DNA of 64,000 nucleotides from Coprothermobacterota bacterium. GTDB taxonomy: Bacteria > Coprothermobacterota > Coprothermobacteria > Coprothermobacterales > Coprothermobacteraceae. Every line of letters begins with the position of its first letter. Within the stretch, counting starts at the first letter, position 1. The notes under the pieces were generated by a model. That model saw nothing but the letters and a program-made list of their open reading frames with translations. It was not told where the DNA came from and ran no database searches. Below are positions 59,162-64,000 of the stretch, one piece after another. A program made the position numbers and the translations under genes. The stretch spans positions 609,853-673,852 of the forward strand of contig JAZIGN010000003.1 in the NCBI GenBank assembly GCA_036679065.1, read 5' to 3'.

Positions 59162-60511
59162 TTACCCTACAATTATATCCTCTTCTGGATAAGTGTAGCT
59201 TGGTAGCTCCGGTCTGAATATGTAGCCCGTAAGAATGGTGAACACACCCACACGGCCCACAAACATGGTCAGGATAAGTACAATTTTCGAAGCCACAGAA
59301 AGGTTAGGGGTAATACCCGTGGTCAGCCCTACTGTTCCCAATGCGGAGAATACTTCAAAGGCGATTTGATGCAGATGCAAGGCTGGTTCGAAGATGGACA
59401 AAATGACAATACTGATTACCGCTATGGTCATGTTCAAAATTAATATGGCGTTAGCTGTATCCAAAATAGACCATTTGATGGTGCGATGAGCCACATGCAC
59501 TCTACTTGAGCCTGTTAACACAGCCTTTATGTATTGAAATACACTAAAAAAGGTTGTGGTCTTAATACCGCCTGCTGTACCACCTGGAGAGCCACCTATG
59601 AACATGAGCAGCATGGTGATAAGCAGTGTTGGCAGAGTGGCATAACCATGGTTAATAGTGGAAAATCCAGCTGTTCTTGGTGTAACACTTTGAAAGAATG
59701 CTACCAGTATTTTCTCTGAAATGCTCAGTGGACCTAAGGTTTTTGGGTTGTTCCACTCAAAAATACCGATTAGGAGGGCTCCTAAAACTATTAGCGCCAA
59801 GGTAACGCCAAGGACTATGCGCGTATGCAATGAAAAATAAAACTTTTTTTGCCTGACCTTCTGGAATATTTCAGACCAGACTACAAATCCCAATCCTCCT
59901 GCTATGATGAGGCCCATGACGGTCAAATTGACAAGTGGATTTTGTGCGAATTCACTAAGTGACTTAAAACCGCCATGAATGTCAAACCCGGCATTGTTGA
60001 AAGCGCTGACAGCATCGAAAACTGAGGCCCAAATTCCACCTGCCAAACCTCTTGAATTCAAGTAATATGGTATGAACGTTATGCCAAGAAGCAATGCTCC
60101 TATGAGTTCAACCAAGAGAGCAAATCTTACTGTAAAACCGAGCAGTTTGACAACCCCCTGAAGAGTATTCACATTCCACTGTGAAGCCAACGTAATACGG
60201 GTTCTCAAACCGATGCGCGCACCTGTGAGAAGAAGCAGTGTGAACGTGGTAATAGTGAGATAGCTCAAGCCACCAAACTGGATCAGGATCATGATGATAA
60301 ACTGACCTGCAAAGTTCCAATAATCCCATGTGTCCTTTACTATTAACCCTGTAACGCATACTGCTGAAGTACTAGTAAACAACGCATCAACAAAATTGGT
60401 AAAACCTCCACCTCTCCTGGCTATGGGCAGAGCCAGCAAGACGGCTCCCACCAAAATTACCGTGGCGAAGCTTCTCACAATGAGCCTCCTTGCTTTAATT
60501 GCTGCTTCCAT
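59162..60511 (-). CDS. ktrB: KtrB/TrkH potassium uptake membrane subunit
   Basis: SAVCVTGL, AFNNAGF, PRTAGF, GGTAGGIK, SALGTVGL. Confidence 0.9.
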   Translation of the reverse strand: MEAAIKARRLIVRSFATVILVGAVLLALPIARRGGGFTNFVDALFTSTSAVCVTGLIVKDTWDYWNFAGQFIIMILIQFGGLSYLTITTFTLLLLTGARIGLRTRITLASQWNVNTLQGVVKLLGFTVRFALLVELIGALLLGITFIPYYLNSRGLAGGIWASVFDAVSAFNNAGFDIHGGFKSLSEFAQNPLVNLTVMGLIIAGGLGFVVWSEIFQKVRQKKFYFSLHTRIVLGVTLALIVLGALLIGIFEWNNPKTLGPLSISEKILVAFFQSVTPRTAGFSTINHGYATLPTLLITMLLMFIGGSPGGTAGGIKTTTFFSVFQYIKAVLTGSSRVHVAHRTIKWSILDTANAILILNMTIAVISIVILSIFEPALHLHQIAFEVFSALGTVGLTTGITPNLSVASKIVLILTMFVGRVGVFTILTGYIFRPELPSYTYPEEDIIVG

Positions 60512-60604
60512 GTTTTATCACCCTCGCAATTCTCACGGCTATACATTATAGAACAAAGTGTGCAAAAGTGTTAAAATAATATTAACTACTAAGGAGGTGT
60601 TCCC

Positions 60605-61927
60605 ATGAATAGACCGCAAATTAAGACGGAGCTGCCGGGTCCAAAGGCGAAAGAAATTATCGGGCGCGACGCGAAGGTGATGTCCACTTCGCTAAGCCGA
60701 GATGTTCCCCTGGTAGTGGAACGAACACAGGATGTATGGATTTACGACGTAGACGGCAATGAGTTCCTCGACATGACCAGCGGTGTGGGTGTAACGAACG
60801 TTGGCCACACAAATCCTCAAGTTGTGGAAGCCATAAAGAATCAGGTGGAAAAATTCCTTCACTTTGCAGGTACTGACTTTTACTATGAACCTCAAGTTAC
60901 TTTGGCAGAGTCACTAAATGACATAAGGCCCTTCAAAGAGCATGGACGTGTGTTTTTCACCAACAGTGGCACCGAGTCAGTGGAAGCTTGCATAAAGTTG
61001 GCAAGGTACAAAACGCGGCGGCCACTGTATATTGGGTTCTTAGGTGGTTTCCACGGAAGAACCATGGGATCTTTGTCTTTTACTTCTTCAAAAGTGATTC
61101 AACGCAGATACTTTTCTCCCATGATGCCTCAAGTGGTTCATATTCCTTTCCCCGACACCTACAGGCCACCTGAGGGTGTAGTGCCTGAGAAAGTAACCGA
61201 TTTCGTGATCTGGTATTTGAATCGCATGTTTGAAACCGTTGCTCCACCTGAGGACGTAGCCGCTGTGTTAGTAGAACCCATTCAGGGTGAAGGCGGTTAC
61301 ATCGTACCGCCAAAGGATTTCTTCCCCCGATTAAAGCAGGAACTAGATAAGCATGGTATCTACCTCATCGTTGACGAAGTACAGAGTGGCATGGGGCGCA
61401 CAGGAAAAATGTTTGCTATTGAACATTTTGGTGTGGAACCCGACATAGTTTCCATTGCAAAAGGTATCGCATCTGGCATGCCCATGGGTGCGTGCTTGGC
61501 AAAGGAAAGTGTCATGGATTGGGAAGAAGCAGCTCACTCCAACACCTACGGAGGCAACCCCGTAGCTGCTGTGGCTGCCACTGAAACCATAAAGCTTCTA
61601 AAATCTGGTTTAGTTGAAAACGCAGCCAAGATTGGCGATTATTTCATAAGTCAGCTACGTGAACTTCAGAAAAAATACGAAGTAATTGGCGATGTGCGCG
61701 GAATAGGGCTCATGCTGGCAATCGATTTTGTAAAGGATCCTGTTAAGAGGGACTATAATTATGAATTAAGAAACAAAGTCATTCAGGAAGCTTTCAAGCG
61801 TGGCTTGGTGTGCTTGGCTGCTGGCAAGAGTGCGATCCGTTTTGCACCGCCATTAACGCTAAAAGAGGAGCATGTGGACATAGCTATTGAAATTTTGGAT
61901 GAATCAATAAAAGCTGCGCTGGGATAG
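60605..61927 (+). CDS. Class III PLP aminotransferase (ornithine/4-aminobutyrate aminotransferase-like)
   Basis: NSGTESVE, FHGRT, EPIQGEGG, DEVQSGMGRTG, AKGIASG, TYGGNP. Confidence 0.88.
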   Translation: MNRPQIKTELPGPKAKEIIGRDAKVMSTSLSRDVPLVVERTQDVWIYDVDGNEFLDMTSGVGVTNVGHTNPQVVEAIKNQVEKFLHFAGTDFYYEPQVTLAESLNDIRPFKEHGRVFFTNSGTESVEACIKLARYKTRRPLYIGFLGGFHGRTMGSLSFTSSKVIQRRYFSPMMPQVVHIPFPDTYRPPEGVVPEKVTDFVIWYLNRMFETVAPPEDVAAVLVEPIQGEGGYIVPPKDFFPRLKQELDKHGIYLIVDEVQSGMGRTGKMFAIEHFGVEPDIVSIAKGIASGMPMGACLAKESVMDWEEAAHSNTYGGNPVAAVAATETIKLLKSGLVENAAKIGDYFISQLRELQKKYEVIGDVRGIGLMLAIDFVKDPVKRDYNYELRNKVIQEAFKRGLVCLAAGKSAIRFAPPLTLKEEHVDIAIEILDESIKAALG

Positions 61928-61968
61928 CTTCCTAAAAGTTTCCGTATGTGTTTAGGAGGCGATGAATC

Positions 61969-63054
61969 TTGGGGCTCAAAAGAACCTCTTTGCATGAAGT
62001 ACATAAGGCACTGGGAGCAAAGCTTGTTGAATTTGCCGGCTTTGAAATGCCCTTGCAGTACAGCGGCATAATCGACGAACACATGGCTGTGCGAACCAGT
62101 GCTGGCATGTTCGATGTTTCGCACATGGGCGAGTTTTATTACAAGGGCGACATCGATGCCATGAACATGGTGGTTACAGTGGACATCGCGAAGCTGGAAC
62201 CATTGAAGGCTGCTTACACCATGCTGTTGAACGAACGTGGTGGAGTCGTCGATGACTTAATCGTTTACCGCCTATCTCCAGATGAGGTCCTACTTGTGGT
62301 AAATGCGGCGAATATCGAGAAGGACTTCCAGCACATACTTACCTACCTGCCCAAAGAAGGGTCTCACCTGTTTGAGAATGTGTCCGACAAGTGGTTTGAT
62401 ATTGCTGTGCAGGGAACAAAAGCCGTGGACATACTGAAAACCTATTTTCCTCAGGTTGTTGATTTGGCTCCCTTTGTTTTTGTCTCAGTGCCTGAACATG
62501 GCCTTATCATAAGCAGGACTGGTTATACCGGCGAGGACGGTTTTGAGGTTTACGGCCCCATGGAGGAAGCCCCAACGTGGTGGAATAAGTTCATGGATGC
62601 TGGTTCTTCATTCGGTTTGAAACCAGCTGGCTTAGGTGCTCGTGACACGCTTCGCATTGAAGCTGGTTTGCCCCTTTATGGTCATGAACTCAATGAAGAA
62701 ACGTCGCCACTGGAATCGAATTACGCTTTTGTCATTGACTGGGATAAACCGCAGTTCATAGGTCGAGAAGCCTTAGTAAAGCAGAAAGAATCAGGCATTC
62801 AAAAGAAGCTCATGGGATTGGAGATCACCGGTGGTATTGCCCGAGAGGGTTACAAGGTCTTTTCTGAAGGCGAAGAAGTGGGTGTGGTTACCTCGGGAAC
62901 CATGGCTCCCTTCTTGAAGAAAAGCATTGCCATGGCATTTTTGCGTGTGGATAAAGCAAGAATCGGCACACCTGTTGAAGTTCAGATCCATGGACAAATG
63001 GTGCCAGCCAAGGTTGTGTCAAAGATGTTCTACAAGCGGGGGAAAACGCAATGA
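61969..63054 (+). CDS. gcvT: Glycine cleavage system T protein
   Basis: FDVSHMGE, SRTGYTGEDGFE, GLGARDTLRIEAG. Confidence 0.95.
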   Translation: MGLKRTSLHEVHKALGAKLVEFAGFEMPLQYSGIIDEHMAVRTSAGMFDVSHMGEFYYKGDIDAMNMVVTVDIAKLEPLKAAYTMLLNERGGVVDDLIVYRLSPDEVLLVVNAANIEKDFQHILTYLPKEGSHLFENVSDKWFDIAVQGTKAVDILKTYFPQVVDLAPFVFVSVPEHGLIISRTGYTGEDGFEVYGPMEEAPTWWNKFMDAGSSFGLKPAGLGARDTLRIEAGLPLYGHELNEETSPLESNYAFVIDWDKPQFIGREALVKQKESGIQKKLMGLEITGGIAREGYKVFSEGEEVGVVTSGTMAPFLKKSIAMAFLRVDKARIGTPVEVQIHGQMVPAKVVSKMFYKRGKTQ

Positions 63055-64000
63055 GGTACGTGCCGCATACCAAAGAAGAAATCAAAGCCATGCTTGAAGC
63101 CGTCGGGCTTCGAAACGTGGATGAGCTTTTCAGCGACATACCCACCGAGGCACTGCTCAAAAGACATCTTCAAGTTGAAGGCGGCTGGGACGAAGAACAG
63201 CTTAGGGCCTACTTTAGAAAAGCGGCAAGCGGTATTCCAGATGCAAACAGTGCTGTTTACTTCTTAGGCGGTGGCGTTTATGACCACTACGTACCTTCAG
63301 CAGTGGACAAGATAATCGCTTTACCCGAGTTCTACACCGCTTACACACCTTATCAGGCTGAGATTAGTCAGGGCACACTTCAAGCCATGTTTGAGTACCA
63401 ATCACTCATTTGTGAGCTGACGGGCATGGAAGTAGCGAATGGCAGCCTTTATGATGGTGCCAGTGCAGCGGCTGAAGCGGTGCTGATGGTTATGCGCATC
63501 AATGGGAAGAGACGCGTTGTGGTCTCTGAGTGCGTGCATCCTGACATCATAGAAGTTCTTCGAACGTATCAGCTGGGTCAGGACTTTGAAATACTTACCT
63601 TACCCCAAAAGGAAGGGGTAACCGACCTTTCTGAGCTTGAGGATTTATCAAATGTTTCCTGTCTGGTTATGCAAAACCCCAACTACTACGGTTTCTTAGA
63701 AAACATGAATCAGGCTTCAGAGCTGATCCACAAGGCAGGTGGCTTATTTGTGGCTGCCGTAGATCCGCTGTCCTTGGGCGTACTAAAAAGCCCACATGAA
63801 TACGGAGCCGATGTAGTAGTGGGAGAAGGGCAAAGTCTTGGTAACCACATGAGTTACGGTGGACCACATTTTGGCTTCTTTGCAACCAAGATGGACTACA
63901 TCCGCTACATGCCCGGTAGAATGGCTGGGCAAACTGTGGACGTGGATGGAAGGGTGGGCTATGTGCTCACATTACAAACCCGTGAACAGCACATACGTGC
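63051..64000 (+). CDS. gcvPA: Glycine dehydrogenase subunit A (runs off the window end)
   Basis: Not in the ORF track. From ATG 63051: MRYVPHTKEEIKAML...EFYTAYTPYQAEISQGTLQAMFEYQS...SLYDGASA...LQTREQHIR. Confidence 0.93.
   Translation, partial: MRYVPHTKEEIKAMLEAVGLRNVDELFSDIPTEALLKRHLQVEGGWDEEQLRAYFRKAASGIPDANSAVYFLGGGVYDHYVPSAVDKIIALPEFYTAYTPYQAEISQGTLQAMFEYQSLICELTGMEVANGSLYDGASAAAEAVLMVMRINGKRRVVVSECVHPDIIEVLRTYQLGQDFEILTLPQKEGVTDLSELEDLSNVSCLVMQNPNYYGFLENMNQASELIHKAGGLFVAAVDPLSLGVLKSPHEYGADVVVGEGQSLGNHMSYGGPHFGFFATKMDYIRYMPGRMAGQTVDVDGRVGYVLTLQTREQHIR

Overview
Chromosomal core-genome window from an anaerobic, probably thermophilic, peptide-fermenting bacterium. Gene content and composition suggest Coprothermobacter or a relative (inference only). 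It holds about 60 CDSs and two tRNAs (Arg-CCG, Asn-GTT); I saw no mobile elements or CRISPR arrays. Housekeeping blocks: coaX-parB-parA-uppS, greA-lysS, sua5-queT-mtnA-grpE, mutS-mutL-hflX, cdaA-cdaR-glmM-glmS, metG-tatD, a 4-subunit 2-oxoacid:ferredoxin oxidoreductase-eno-pncB, ktrAB and gcvT-gcvPA. Most notable: (1) a 39-aa ORF missing from the ORF track (39967-40086, - strand), translationally coupled to a SCIFF-type radical SAM/SPASM maturase; it is a ranthipeptide precursor homolog keeping only 2 of the canonical 6 cysteines; (2) an arcE-like/arcB/arcC cluster with no arginine deiminase, consistent with the ATP-conserving arginine synthetase pathway, and coupled to the c-di-AMP cyclase operon; (3) an acyl-ACP-reductase-like enzyme paired with an uncharacterised protein; (4) several apparently leaderless genes; (5) a MutL with altered endonuclease motifs; (6) two multi-hairpin intergenic elements.
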